Notes: generated by a model from the letters alone, not told the origin. A DNA stretch of 64,000 bases from Octopus sinensis (GCF_006345805.1 NC_043001.1:69688001-69752000), one strand, 5' to 3'. Counted from the stretch's first letter, positions 1 to 12,209 are shown. Translations and numbers: made by a program.

Positions 1-1300
1 TGTAATAGGATGCACCACCCAAAGGCAGACGTAGATCGCCTTTACCTTCCCAGAGCCCAAGGAGGTCGAGGCCTGATCCAATTTGAACTAGCTTACAAAA
101 CAACCACAATTGAACTGGCCAAATATCTCGAAATATCGAATGACTGGATGCTAAAGCTCGTGGAAAATCACAAGAGACGAAAGAAGCTTCATTCTATCAT
201 AAAGGAAAGCAAAACATTTGCTATTGATCTCGTGCAGGATACCCAAACTGAACAACCCGAGGGAAGTACGGCAACTATTGTTGCAAAGAAGGTGAAAATG
301 ATGGCAATGAAAAAAGCGCACGAGCAATTGGCTGATAGATGGGAGGAGAAACCTCTGCACGGCAAATATGTGACCCGCAGCAAACAAGCTGATGTTGACT
401 AGAAGCAAACCCATCAGTGGCTACGGAGCTCAGGGCTAAAAGCAGAGAGCGAAGGTTTCATCCTGGCTGCTCAAGATCAAAGCCTATTAACCCGGAACTA
501 CCAGGCCAATGTGATGAAAAATGGAGCAGACCCAAAATGCCGATTCTGCAACTACATGATTGAAACAGTGGACCACCTAATCTCTGGATGTAAAGTCTTA
601 GCACCAGTGGAGTATAAATTAAGACATGACAGAGTTGGCCAATATCTCCACTGGCTAATAAGTCGGCATTACAATATCAAAACTGCCGACAAGTGGTATA
701 ATCACCACACTGAGGCTGTAACTGAAGGAGAAAATGTAACCATTCTGTGGGACTTTACAGTACATACAGACCGAACCATCAAGGCCAATAAACCAGATAT
801 TGTTGTGAAAGACCAAAACAATAAACTTTGCTTATTGATCGACATGAGCATCCCCTGTGATCATAATATCTCAGCGAAAGAGTTTGACAAGCTCAGAAAA
901 TATAAAGACCTACTCATTGAAATTGAGAAAATGTGGCATCTCAAGGCGGTTACAATACCAGTGATCGTAGGAGCACTAGGAATGATCGAGAAGGGAACCG
1001 AAAATTATATGAGAATGATCCCTGGCTTACCATCCCTGCAAGAAGTGCAAAACATTGTCTTAACTGGTACATCACACGTATTTAGAAGAGCATTGTCGAT
1101 GTGAGAACTGTTGCTGCTCATGTATTTAAAAAAAAAAAATGAACGAACTACTGAGTTTGGTTTAATGGCCTACCAATGTATACTATGAGTTTCTTTGCCC
1201 TAGGAGTCGGGAAGACACTCGGCAAGAAATGGAAGCAAATTTGAAAGAAGAAAAAAAAAAGTAATAATAATAATAATAATAATAATAAAATTAATAATAA
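1..1300 (+). mobile_element. 3' portion of an R4/Dong-clade non-LTR retrotransposon with 3'UTR and (TAA)n tail
   Basis: Translations show DVDRLYLPRAQGGRGL, WEEKPLHGKY, a CCHC knuckle (CRFC..ETVDHLISGC) and a restriction-like endonuclease (KPDIVV..LIDMSIP..K..KY). (TAA)n tail at ~1262-1300. Runs off the window start. Confidence 0.9.
10..1104 (+). pseudogene. Retrotransposon ORF C-terminus (post-RT region, zinc knuckle, REL endonuclease) with one in-frame stop
   Basis: ORFs 10-402 and 511-1104 are in the same frame, separated by a TAG at 400-402. The read-through KQTHQWLRSSGLKAESEGFILAAQDQSL is a typical R4/Dong segment. Confidence 0.85.
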
Positions 1301-1884
1301 TCTATTATAATCATGAGCTTGTTTGTAAGTTGGTCTGAAATCACACAATAAGGAAGTAAAAAGAAGAGACACAATGGCAATAACAATGAGAGAGGGAGTG
1401 GTAACAAACTGCGCCTCTGGACCTCTCTCTCTCTCTCAACAAAAGCCTTTTCACTTTATTGATGGGCGCTGCCTTTCTCTCTTTCTCTCTCTCTCCGTCC
1501 CTATCTCCAGAAGCACACACACTCTCTCTTTTTCACTCTCTCTCTCTCTCTGTTATATCTCTCCCTCTCTTTCTCTCTGAACAACAACCTTTTCATATTT
1601 ATTCGACGAATGCTGATTTTTTCTGATAAACATTAATAACAATATATAAGATAAGTAAATACGATTTTTACACCTCAAAATTATTTCTTCTGTATCTCTA
1701 TGGATTGTTGACTGTTCTGGAAGCTTTGTATACTTAAAAAGTTGCAAAGTTAATAGAATATAAGATAAGTAAAAAATTAGTAATTTTTCAGTCATAAAAT
1801 TAAAATATTGTCTATTGAAAGAAAGCTTCATCATATTATGTTTAAAGAAAGCTAAATATAAAAGGAAGGTAATTATAAATATGT

Positions 1885-3900
1885 CAAACGTACAGGCCAT
1901 AAGTTCGTGATCGCTGTAGTTGACGTACGTAAATTGTGGACACTTAGCTATATCTTTATCAGACCTTCTAATAAAGATTCTAAGTAAGATCTAGAAGAGT
2001 CATCGCAGTTGGTCCAGGTTCATAATGGGGCGTCCGGGATTTCTAATCTGTATAAATCTGCCAGCTGAAACCCTTCTATCCTCTGTTGAGCCAACACAAT
2101 CTACGCGTGCATCGCAGTTTGTGTTTAATGACCTAAGAAAACTATAGAAATCAGACTGTCTGCCATCAAAAGGCGCGTAGACAGCCACCAACGTGATGGA
2201 GTTACCACTGCTGAACGTCACACGTAGGACAACCAGCATGCTCTCCGGGTCAACAAAGATTGTCTTTGTTTCTTGAACCGGGTTTTTCTTCAGTAGAACA
2301 GCGACACCCCTCCCCAACTTTGGTCCTGCAGGAGAAATGAATAATTTCTCGTATCAATCTAAAATCGGAAAGAAGCCCCTCTGACCATTCAACCAGTTTT
2401 CAGTGGCTGTATCCAAATTATGCAGCCGAAGGTCGTGTAGGAAACGTCCTTGTTTCCACAATGACCCCAGGCCGCGCATATTCAAACAACCTACATGAAT
2501 ATTATGTATGGAATAATCTTACCTGCTTTTTTGAGATGTCCAAGTAATACCATCTCTAACCTTCCATTATTCGGGAGCTTTTGTGGTAGTTGTCTCGATG
2601 AGACTCTCAAAGATTTGCGATGAGAAATCCTTTCGTATGGGGCCTATATCTTTCGGAAACTGTTCCCGCAGTTCCTATTGTTGATCTGGTCTATTTGAAA
2701 GTTTTATGTTATCGGGAGTGTCCCGGTTTACGGCCTCTGCCGTGTGGGTATGTTTTATTTTTGATAAAAGTCTTGAGTTCGTTGTTCTATCTGCCATGAG
2801 GTTAAGATCTAAATTGGATGGGAAGGCAGAACCTCGGGATGGGTGTGATATTTTTCGTTTGTCTGTGCCATGTTGGGTTTTTTAATACGTGTGGTACTCA
2901 TGGGGCTGTTGTGTGAGATTTTACTTTAGTCCTTTTTTCTTTGTTTTGGTTACCCACCACGCTTCGTTCTCTGGGGATGTCACACAGGATCCCACCTTTT
3001 CTAAAGACTCCACGTCCAAGGGAGTTTCATCTGCTTCCGTCGTAGACTTTTCCTCCTGGGGTGAGGACTCCGCTACTTTCTTGGTGGTGAGGTCGCACTC
3101 TGCTCTTATGTGACCTGTCAGGACACATTTGAAGCAGCGCGGCTTCCTTCCCGCCAATCTGGATAGTTTCAACTAACTCTTCTAAATCATCTGCTCTATT
3201 TTTTTGCTCGATTACTGACGCCTGCTCTATAGAGATATTTTCTTCCTGTTACATAGTGATGGCCGCCACTACCCAAGCAGCATCTACCTCAGGTGGTATT
3301 TCTTCTGCCCTTACTTTAGAAGTACTCCTTCCTAAGTATGTGGATAGGAGAACTTCCGCCGTTTTGAGAGTGTCTGTGGAGTACTGCTTGGCTTTTTCTT
3401 CGTTAATAAAGCGAACCTCTTACCTCTAGTGAGGTAAGAAATGTCATTCCACACAAGGTTGAGATATTTTCCACTGCTTCGTAAGATGTTGTATGCCCTT
3501 TCTTTCTTTTGACTGCGAAAACTTTATAAATTATCGACGTTCTGTTGTTTGTGTGATTTTCTCCGGAGGGGATACTTTAATTACCAACCCTTCCTGGTGC
3601 ATCATTTCCTAGTATTTGTTCAACTTACTGGGTTCTGCATTGATTGCTTTTCTTGACACGCCAGCTGCAGCAGCAAAATTGGTTATTTTTTTGGTATCTA
3701 CTCCGCTGGTTGTCTTTGTTTCACTTGACGTATAATTAGATCCAATGAACACATTTTTTACACAGTTTAACACGTTCCTAAAAACATTTGACACAGAGTT
3801 TACTCTGTTCTTCCCATATTTTTTGCAGATGACGTTGCAACGTCAAATAAATCTTTTCTAGGCTCCGAAGCAATATATTACGACAAAGTATAAGAACAAA
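1885..3900 (-). mobile_element. Decayed 5' half of an L1/Tx1-clade LINE (ORF1 with CCHC knuckle plus APE endonuclease), 3'-truncated
   Basis: Minus strand reads CFKCVLTGHIRAEC (ORF1 knuckle, ~3090-3140), then GCLNMRGL..GGVAVLLKK..LVAVYAP..NYSDHELM (APE motifs, ~2490-1895). Several stops and frameshifts. Confidence 0.85.
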
Positions 3901-3953
3901 AGCATTCTATGCCGTTTTAATCCCTAGGAAGGCTGGGTATGTCTGCTCGTATG

Positions 3954-4034
<81 letters not shown>

Positions 4035-4045
4035 ATACATATATA

Positions 4046-4083
4046 GGCGCAGAAGTGGCTGTGTGGTAAGCAGCTTGCTTACT
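4046..4083 (+). mobile_element. tRNA-derived SINE (family A), 5' head fragment, interrupted
   Basis: GGCGCAGAAGTGGCTGTGTGGTAAGCAGCTTGCTTACT matches the head of the intact copy at 37251-37657. The SINE continues at 6137. Confidence 0.8.
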
Positions 4084-6136
4084 GCTACCAAGTTGTCGAT
4101 TTTTTTTCGTCGCGGTGGAAGTCACGTAGTACGTGAAAAATTTGAACCACGACCACAAGTAAAGCGTTTTTTTTAGGGAAGCTTAGTGGGATCTGCTGTT
4201 TGTATTTAAGTATTTTTCCGAACAGGGGTCGCCACTAGTTTCCAGGCATATATCTACCAGTGATCGTGCAAGAAGACTCACTTCGTAGTAAGAATTGTGT
4301 TTATTGTTGGAGGTGTGTCCATCCGAAATTTTTGGGAATTTTCTATGACTGTCTTTGTGCCCTTTCAAGTGGATTTTTACCTAAAAAGATAGGAGTACAG
4401 CCAGAGTTGATCGGAATACTATTTGTGCTGCGAAGGACTAACAGTATGGATAACCAGAGTAGCAGAATTGTGTTGTGTTTTGTTACCAATTTCGATTATC
4501 TTCCTTCGCTCTTTCTTCTCCTGTCTGTCTTTCTGATCTTTTTTGAATTTTTTATAGACTTTTATTTGAACATTTTGATTTATGTTTGTGGATTTTTATT
4601 TTTGTTTTGGCTATCAATATGGCAGCTGTGAAATTCCATTTAGAGTGGCAAATTATGGCCCCCAAAGAATGTTTGAAAAATTGTAGGGAGAGAACGGTGG
4701 TGTCAAGGACCTCTTCTAGGGTCCTTGACACCATCAAGGTCTTCTCTGAGGAAGAAATTGATGAGAAGTTGGCAGACTATCTGCTAACTCTTAGGTTTAG
4801 CCGCAGGGGTGCGAAGTATGCAACCCTGTGTGTACTTTTTGACACCCCTGTGGAAGCTCGCAATTTTGCGAGCATGCCTTTAGAGGGGGAAAAATTTTCT
4901 TTCTCCCTACTTGTGGCGGTAGGAAGTTGGCAAGAGCCCGTATAGAGGTCGTGTGGATAGAAGACAGTATTTTTCGGGGCCAGGGCGGCGGCCCTGCCAG
5001 CTTCTTAAATTTAAAAATGTTGCCTGCGGTCGATTGGGTCGGGCCAAAAGCAATTTTGACCCTATGGATCTAATCAGCCGATGAGCTGGTTTTACCATAT
5101 TTTTTAACAATGGCCGGTCCCAGTTACCCGATGATGGTTGAGGACGTTGTCTGAAGTGTCACCTATGCCTGGAATCAGGCCATATAAAGAAGAACTGTCA
5201 CATGGACCAGGCAAGGATCCTGGAACTGTTAACTGAAAAAGTGTCCCCTGCTCCCCCAGTGGAGGAAAAAGTCGAGGAGGAGGTGACCTCCTCGAAAACA
5301 AAGGGGCAGAAAATAAAGCAGGTGGACAAAAATGGTTGCCCACCGCTGGATCCTGAGACGGCAGCGGGGAGAGAGGGTCCTCCGGAGATGTCGGGGGAAC
5401 TCCACCCTGCTGTTGTAAAAGGTAAAATAAGAGAAAAAAAGGAAAATGGGGCATTGCCCGCGACGGCATGTCCCGAAACCCCTCGGTGGGATGTGTCCCA
5501 CCGGAGGAGGGGAAGAAGATAACCTCGTCAGTGGGATGTGTACCACCGAGCGAGGGAGTTGAGGCCCCTCCCAGTGAAGTGGTGAAGAATATATGTTCTT
5601 CTATCCTAGGGGAGGGGCTATTGACAGTTTTGTCGAGAATAATATGTATAGTCGGGTCCTGGGAGACCCGACTTGTATTGACAGCCCTGTGTCGCCTCCG
5701 CAGGTGGATGTTCTGGTGCTGGAAAGAAAGCATTGTGATCTCATAATTGATTCGTGTAAAAACGTGAATTATAGAATTTTTTTCTTTTTTGGAGCCCCGG
5801 ACTGCTGTTGCAAGAATGCCTGCAAGTTGCAAGAAAATTACTCGGGGAAGTACTGTAGAGCTTTATCGTCTCCAATTTGTGTATATATTCTGTTTTATAA
5901 TTGTATGGACTTTTTAGTCGAAATATATGGTATTTTAAATTGTAAGAGAGTTAAGACCTCTGTATACGCGGTTTTAAAGAGCAATGTTTTAGAGAAGCAG
6001 AGGGTCGGCAGGCGCTTTCTGCCTTCTCCCATTTTTGCCATTTTTGTATCATAATCATTTGCCTCATCAATGTCTCTGTCCAACCCGCAAAGCTACCATA
6101 TCTATGTGCTGCCTATATGGCAAATTTAATGAGGAA
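4084..6136 (+). mobile_element. ~2.05-kb ORF1/gag-like-only retroelement (Tx1-type ORF1, frameshifted) with a 16-bp target-site duplication
   Basis: ATG at 4619 (MAAVKFHLEW..FSRRGAKYATLCVLFDTPVEAR), CCHC knuckle CHLCLESGHIKKNC at ~5157-5201, then a K/E-rich region. No endonuclease or RT motif seen. Flanked by AAG[C/T]AGCTTGCTTACT at 4068-4083 and 6137-6152. Confidence 0.7.
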
Positions 6137-6277
6137 AAGTAGCTTGCTTACTAGCCACATGCTTCCGGGTTCATTCCTACTGCGTGGCACCTTGGACAAG
6201 TCTCTTCTACTATAGCCTCGGGCCGACCAAAGCCTTGTGAGTGGATTTGGTAGAAGGAACCTGAAAGAAGTCCGTCG

Positions 6278-6307
<30 letters not shown>
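6137..6307 (+). mobile_element. SINE family A body and start of its internal (TA)n
   Basis: CCACATGCTTCCGGGTTCATTCC..GGCACCTTGGACAAGTC..GGATTTGGTAG..CCGTCG followed by (TA)n, as in the copy at 37251-37657. Confidence 0.85.
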
Positions 6308-6308
<1 letters not shown>

Positions 6309-6596
6309 TTCAACAATTGAGGGCAAAATTAATTAATTATTAATCAATTTCACCAAGTGTTCAGTATGCAAAGGGACCATTCAAGGCGAATTCAAATTAT
6401 TACATTATATAAAAGGGCTTAGTAAAATAAATTACTTTGCCGCATACTGAACTCATTAGAAATAGCAGCTAAAAAACTTTTTTTAAAGCTATTTCTAATA
6501 CTTAAAGAAAATCTCTCTCATATATAGCGTTTGCTTAATTTAACTCACAAAAGTTTGGGGGTAAGGACATCGAAAAATCAAATGCTAAGGTTATTC

Positions 6597-6646
6597 GAGA
6601 ACGTACGTTTCAAGATTAGTCAAAAACACACTTCTATCATCAGCTC
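6597..6646 (-). ncRNA. Type I hammerhead ribozyme-like motif, array copy L1
   Basis: Reverse complement of GAG-CTGATGA-helix II-GAAA-CGTACG-TT-CTC. See the 9977-10027 entry for the parse. Confidence 0.75.
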
Positions 6647-7139
6647 AGAAATTCCTTGGTTTGGATTTGGAAACACTGAAAATAAGAACATACCCCTTCG
6701 AAGATCTGCTCGTAACTAACAGTGTCAACAAATTCAAATAAGCAAGCGAAGAATCTCTGTTCTCCCCCTTTCCACCAGCGTGGGTTAAAATCATCAAACA
6801 CTATGCTTATTTCGGTAAAATCCGAAGCATTAATCAGAGGGAGATTAATTATAATTTCAAAATTGAGGGCAAAATTAATTAATTATTAATCAATTTCACC
6901 AAGTGTTCAGTATGCAAGGGACCATTCAAGGCGAATTCAAATTATTACATTATAAAAAGGGCTTAGTAAAATAAATTACTTTGCCGCATACTGAACTCAT
7001 TAGAAATAGCAGCTAAAAAACTTTTTTAAAGCTATTTCTAATACTTAAAGAAAATCTCTCTCATATATAGCGTTTGCTTAATTTAACTCACAAAAGTTTG
7101 GGGGTAAGGACATCGAAAAATCAAATGCTAAGTTTATTC

Positions 7140-7190
7140 GAGAACGTACGTTTCAAGATTAGTCAAAAACAACACTTCTATCATCAGCTC
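7140..7190 (-). ncRNA. Hammerhead-like motif, array copy L2
   Basis: Same motif as 9977-10027, on the minus strand. Confidence 0.75.
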
Positions 7191-7682
7191 AGAAATTCCT
7201 TGGTTTGGATTTGGAAACACTGAAAATAAGAACATACCCCTTCGAAGATCTGCTCGTAACTAACAGTGTCAACAAATTCAAATAAGCAAGCGAAGAATCT
7301 CTGTTCTCCCCTTTCCACCAGCGTGGGTTAAAATCATCAACACTATGCTTATTTCGGTAAAATCCGAAGCATTAATCAGAGGGAGATTAATTATAATTTC
7401 AACAATTGAGGGCAAAATTAATTAATTATTAATCAATTTCACCAAGTGTTCAGTATGCAAAGGGACCATTCAAGGCGAATTCAAATTATTACATTATATA
7501 AAAGGGCTTAGTAAAATAAATTACTTTGCCGCATACTGAACTCATTAGAATAGCAGCTAAAAAACTTTTTTAAAGCTATTTCTAATACTTAAAGAAAATC
7601 TCTCTCATATTAGCGTTTGCTTAATTTAACTCACAAAAGTTTGGGGGTAAGGACATCGAAAAATCAAATGCTAAGGTTATTC

Positions 7683-7733
7683 GAGAACGTACGTTTCAAG
7701 ATTAGTCAAAAACAACACTTCTATCATCAGCTC
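7683..7733 (-). ncRNA. Hammerhead-like motif, array copy L3
   Basis: Same motif as 9977-10027, on the minus strand. Confidence 0.75.
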
Positions 7734-8230
7734 AGAAATTCCTTGGTTTGGATTTGGAAACACTGAAAATAAGAACATACCCCTTCGAAGATCTGCTCGT
7801 AACTAACAGTGTCAACAAATTCAAATAAGCAAGCGAAGAATCTCTGTTCTCCCCTTTCCACCAGCGTGGGTTAAAATCATCAAACACTATGCTTATTTCG
7901 GTAAAATCCGAAGCATTAATCAGAGGGAGATTAATTATAATTTCAACAATTGAGGGCAAAATTAATTAATTATTAATCAATTTCACCAAGTGTTCAGTAT
8001 GCAAAGGGACCATTCAAGGCGAATTCAAATTATTACATTATATAAAAGGGCTTAGTAAAATAAATTACTTTGCCGCATACTGAACTCATTAGAAATAGCA
8101 GCTAAAAAACTTTTTTAAAGCTATTTCTAATACTTAAAGAAAATCTCTCTCATATATAGCGTTTGCTTTTAATTTAACTCACAAAAGTTTGGGGGTAAGG
8201 ACATCGAAAAATCAAATGCTAAGGTTATTC

Positions 8231-8281
8231 GAAAACGTACGTTTCAAGATTAGTCAAAAACAACACTTCTATCATCAGCTC
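8231..8281 (-). ncRNA. Hammerhead-like motif, array copy L4
   Basis: Same motif. The helix I 3' strand has a C>U change (G.U wobble) from variant A8233. Confidence 0.72.
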
Positions 8282-8776
8282 AGAAATTCCTTGGTTTGGA
8301 TTTGGAAACACTGAAAATAAGAACATACCCCTTCGAAGATCTGCTCGTAACTAACAGTGTCAACAAATTCAAATAAGCGAAGAATCTCTGTTCTCTGTTC
8401 TCCCCTTTCCACCAGCGTGGGTTAAAATCATCAAACACTATGCTTATTTCGGTAAAATCCGAAGCATTAATCAGAGGGAGATTAATTATAATTTCAACAA
8501 TTGAGGGCAAAATTAATTAATTATTAATCAATTTCACCAAGTGTTCAGTATGCAAAGGGACCATTCAAGGCGAATTCAAATTATTACATTATATAAAAGG
8601 GCTTAGTAAAATAAATTACTTTGCCGCATACTGAACTCATTAGAAATAGCAGCTAAAAAACTTTTTTAAAGCTATTTCTAATACTTAAAGAAAATCTCTC
8701 TCATATATAGCGTTTGCTTAATTTAACTCACAATTTTGGGGTAAGGACATCGAAAAATCAAATGCTAAGGTTATTC

Positions 8777-8825
8777 GAAAACGTACGTTTCAAGATTAGT
8801 CAAAAACCACTTCTATCATCAGCTC
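8777..8825 (-). ncRNA. Hammerhead-like motif, array copy L5
   Basis: Same motif with the same helix I variant (A8779) and a small deletion in helix II. Confidence 0.7.
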
Positions 8826-9315
8826 AGAAATTCCTTGGTTTGGATTTGGAAACACTGAAAATAAGAACATACCCCTTCGAAGATCTGCTCGTAACTAACA
8901 GTGTCAACAAATTCAAATAAGCAAGCGAAGAATCTCTGTTCTCCCCTTTCCACCAGCGTGGGTTAAAATCATCAAACACTATGCTTATTTCGGTAAAATC
9001 CGAAGCATTAATCAGAGGGAGATTAATTATAATTTCAACAATTGAGGGCAAAATTAATTAATTATTAATCAATTTCACCAAGTGTTCAGTATGCAAAGGG
9101 ACCATTCAAGGCGAATTCAAATTATTACATTATATAAAAGGGCTTAGTAAAATAAATTACTTTGCCGCATACTGAACTCATTGAAATAGCAGCTAAAAAA
9201 CTTTTTGAAGCTATTTCTAATACTTAAAGAAAATCTCTCTCAATATAGCGTTTGCTTAATTTAACTCACAAAAGTTTGGGGGTAAGGACCGAAAAATCAA
9301 ATGCTAAGGTTATTC

Positions 9316-9367
9316 GAGAACGTACGTTTCAAGATTAGTCAAAAACACACACTTCTATCATCAGCTC
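9316..9367 (-). ncRNA. Hammerhead-like motif, array copy L6
   Basis: Same motif as 9977-10027 with a small indel in helix II. Confidence 0.72.
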
Positions 9368-9976
9368 AGTCCTTGGTTTGGATTTGGAAACACTGAAAAT
9401 AAGACATACCCCTCGAAGATCTGCCCGTAACTAACAGTTCAACAAATTCAAATAAGCAAGCGAAGAATCTCTGTTCTCCCCTTTCCACCAGCGTGGTTAA
9501 AATCATCAAACACTATCTTATTCGGTAAAATCCGAAGCATTAATCAGAGGGAGATTATTTATTTAATTTCAACAATTGAGGGCAAAATTAATTAATTATT
9601 AATCATTCACCAAGTGTTCAATGCAAAGGACCATTCAAGGCGATTCAAATTATTACATTATAAAAGCCCTTAGTAAAATAAATTACTTTGCCTTGAATGG
9701 TCCCTTTGCATACTGAACACTTGGTGAAATTGATTAATAATTAATTAATTTTGCCCTCAATTGTTGAAATTATAATTAATCTCCCTCTGATTAATGCTTC
9801 GGATTTTACCGAAATAAGCATAGTGTTTGATGATTTTAACCCACGCTGGTGGAAAGGGGAGAACAGAGATTCTTCGCTTGCTTATTTGAATTTGTTGACA
9901 CTGTTAGTTACGAGCAGATCTTCGAAGGGGTATGTTCTTATTTTCAGTGTTTCCAAATCCAAACCAAGGAATTTCT

Positions 9977-10027
9977 GAGCTGATGATAGAAGTGTTGTTT
10001 TTGACTAATCTTGAAACGTACGTTCTC
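9977..10027 (+). ncRNA. Type I hammerhead ribozyme-like motif, array copy R1 (reference parse)
   Basis: Helix I GAG(9977-79)/CTC(10025-27), extendable by TTC/GAA. Core CTGATGA 9980-86. Helix II T-AGA[AGT]GTT(GTTTTT)GAC[TAA]TCT-T. GAAA 10013-16. Helix III lies in the palindrome AACGTACGTT (10015-24). Predicted cleavage GUU^ after 10024. Confidence 0.78.
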
Positions 10028-10519
10028 GAATAACCTTAGCATTTGATTTTTCGATGTCCTTACCCCCAAACTTTTGTGAGTTAAATTAAGCAAACGCTAT
10101 ATATGAGAGAGATTTTCTTTAAGTATTAGAAATAGCTTTAAAAAAGTTTTTTAGCTGCTATTTCTAATGAGTTCAGTATGCGGCAAAGTAATTTATTTTA
10201 CTAAGCCCTTTTATATAATGTGTAATTTGAATTCGCCTTGAATGGTCCCTTTGCATACTGAACACTTGGTGAAATTGATTAATAATTAATTAATTTTGCC
10301 CTCAATTGTTGAAATTATAATTAATCTCCTCTGATTAATGCTTCGGATTTTACCGAAATAAGCATAGTGTTTGATGATTTTAACCACGCTGGTGGAAAGG
10401 GGAGAACAGAGATTCTTCGCTTGCTTATTTGAATTTGTTGACACTGTTAGTTACGAGCAGATCTTCGAAGGGGTATGTTCTTATTTTCAGTGTTTCCAAA
10501 TCCAAACCAAGGAATTTCT

Positions 10520-10570
10520 GAGCTGATGATAGAAGTGTTGTTTTTGACTAATCTTGAAACGTACGTTCTC
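10520..10570 (+). ncRNA. Hammerhead-like motif, array copy R2
   Basis: Identical to the R1 motif. Confidence 0.78.
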
Positions 10571-11068
10571 GAATAACCTTAGCATTTGATTTTTCGATGT
10601 CCTTACCCCCAAACTTTTGTGAGTTAAATTAAGCAAACGCTATATATGAGAGAGATTTTCTTTAAGTATTAGAAATAGCTTTAAAAAAGTTTTTTAGCTG
10701 CTATTTCTAATGAGTTCAGTATGCGGCAAAGTAATTTATTTTACTAAGCAGCCCTTTTATATAATGTAATAATTTGAATTCGCCTTGAATGGTCCCTTTG
10801 CATACTGAACACTTGGTGAAATTGATTAATAATTAATTAATTTTGCCCTCAATTGTTGAAATTATAATTAATCTCCCTCTGATTAATGCTTCGGATTTTA
10901 CCGAAATAAGCATAGTGTTTGATGATTTTAACCCACGCTGGTGGAAAGGGGAGAACAGAGATTCTTCGCTTGCTTATTTGAATTTGTTGACACTGTTAGT
11001 TACGAGCAGATCTTCGAAGGGGTATGTTCTTATTTTCAGTGTTTCCAAATCCAAACCAAGGAATTTCT

Positions 11069-11119
11069 GAGCTGATGATAGAAGTGTTGTTTTTGACTAA
11101 TCTTGAAACGTACGTTCTC
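11069..11119 (+). ncRNA. Hammerhead-like motif, array copy R3
   Basis: Identical to the R1 motif. Confidence 0.78.
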
Positions 11120-11613
11120 GAATAAACTTAGCATTTGATTTTTCGATGTCCTTACCCCCAAACTTTTGTGAGTTAAATTAAGCAAACGCTATATATGAGA
11201 GAGATTTTCTTTAAGTATTAGAAATAGCTTTAAAAAAGTTTTTTAGCTGCTATTTCTAATGAGTTCAGTATGCGGCAAAGTAATTTATTTTACTAAGCCC
11301 TTTTATATAATGTAATAATTTGAATTCGCCTTGAATGGTCCCTTTGCATACTGAACACTTGGTGAAATTGATTAATAATAATTAATTTTGCCCTCAATTG
11401 TTGAAATTATAATTAATCTCCCTCTGATTAATGCTTCGGATTTTACCGAAATAAGCATAGTGTTTGATGATTTTAACCCACGCTGGTGGAAAGGGGAGAA
11501 CAGAGATTCTTCGCTTGCTTATTTGAATTTGTTGACACTGTTAGTTACGAGCAGATCTTCGAAGGGGTATGTTCTTATTTTCAGTGTTTCCAAATCCAAA
11601 CCAAGGAATTTCT

Positions 11614-11664
11614 GAGCTGATGATAGAAGTGTTGTTTTTGACTAATCTTGAAACGTACGTTCTC
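11614..11664 (+). ncRNA. Hammerhead-like motif, array copy R4
   Basis: Identical to the R1 motif. Confidence 0.78.
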
Positions 11665-12158
11665 GAATAACCTTAGCATTTGATTTTTCGATGTCCTTAC
11701 CCCCAAACTTTTGTGAGTTAAATTAAGCAAACGCTATATATGAGAGAGATTTTCTTTAAGTATTAGAAATAGCTTTAAAAAAGTTTTTTAGCTGCTATTT
11801 CTAATGAGTTCAGTATGCGGCAAAGTAATTTATTTTACTAAGCCCTTTTATATAATGTAATAATTTGAATTCGCCTTGAATGGTCCCTTTGCATACTGAA
11901 CACTTGGTGAAATTGATTAATAATTAATTAATTTTGCCCTCAATTGTTGAAATTATAATTAATCTCCCTCTGATTAATGCTTCGGATTTTACCGAAATAA
12001 GCATAGTGTTTGATGATTTTAACCCACGCTGGTGGAAAGGGGAGAACAGAGATTCTTCGCTTGCTTATTTGAATTTGTTGACACTGTTAGTTACGAGCAG
12101 ATCTTCGAAGGGGTATGTTCTTATTTTCAGTGTTTCCAAATCCAAACCAAGAATTTCT

Positions 12159-12209
12159 GAGCTGATGATAGAAGTGTTGTTTTTGACTAATCTTGAAACG
12201 TACGTTCTC
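12159..12209 (+). ncRNA. Hammerhead-like motif, array copy R5
   Basis: Identical to the R1 motif. Confidence 0.78.

Larger units (their letters stand above)
6308..9692 (-). repeat. Left arm of ~545-bp tandem array (6 full monomers plus a partial one); ribozyme-sense strand is minus
   Basis: Monomer starts (TTTCAA[C]AATTGAGGGC) at 6308, 6855, 7397, 7941, 8492, 9033 and 9567. Monomers are nearly identical, with more 1-nt indels near 9200-9690. Confidence 0.97.
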
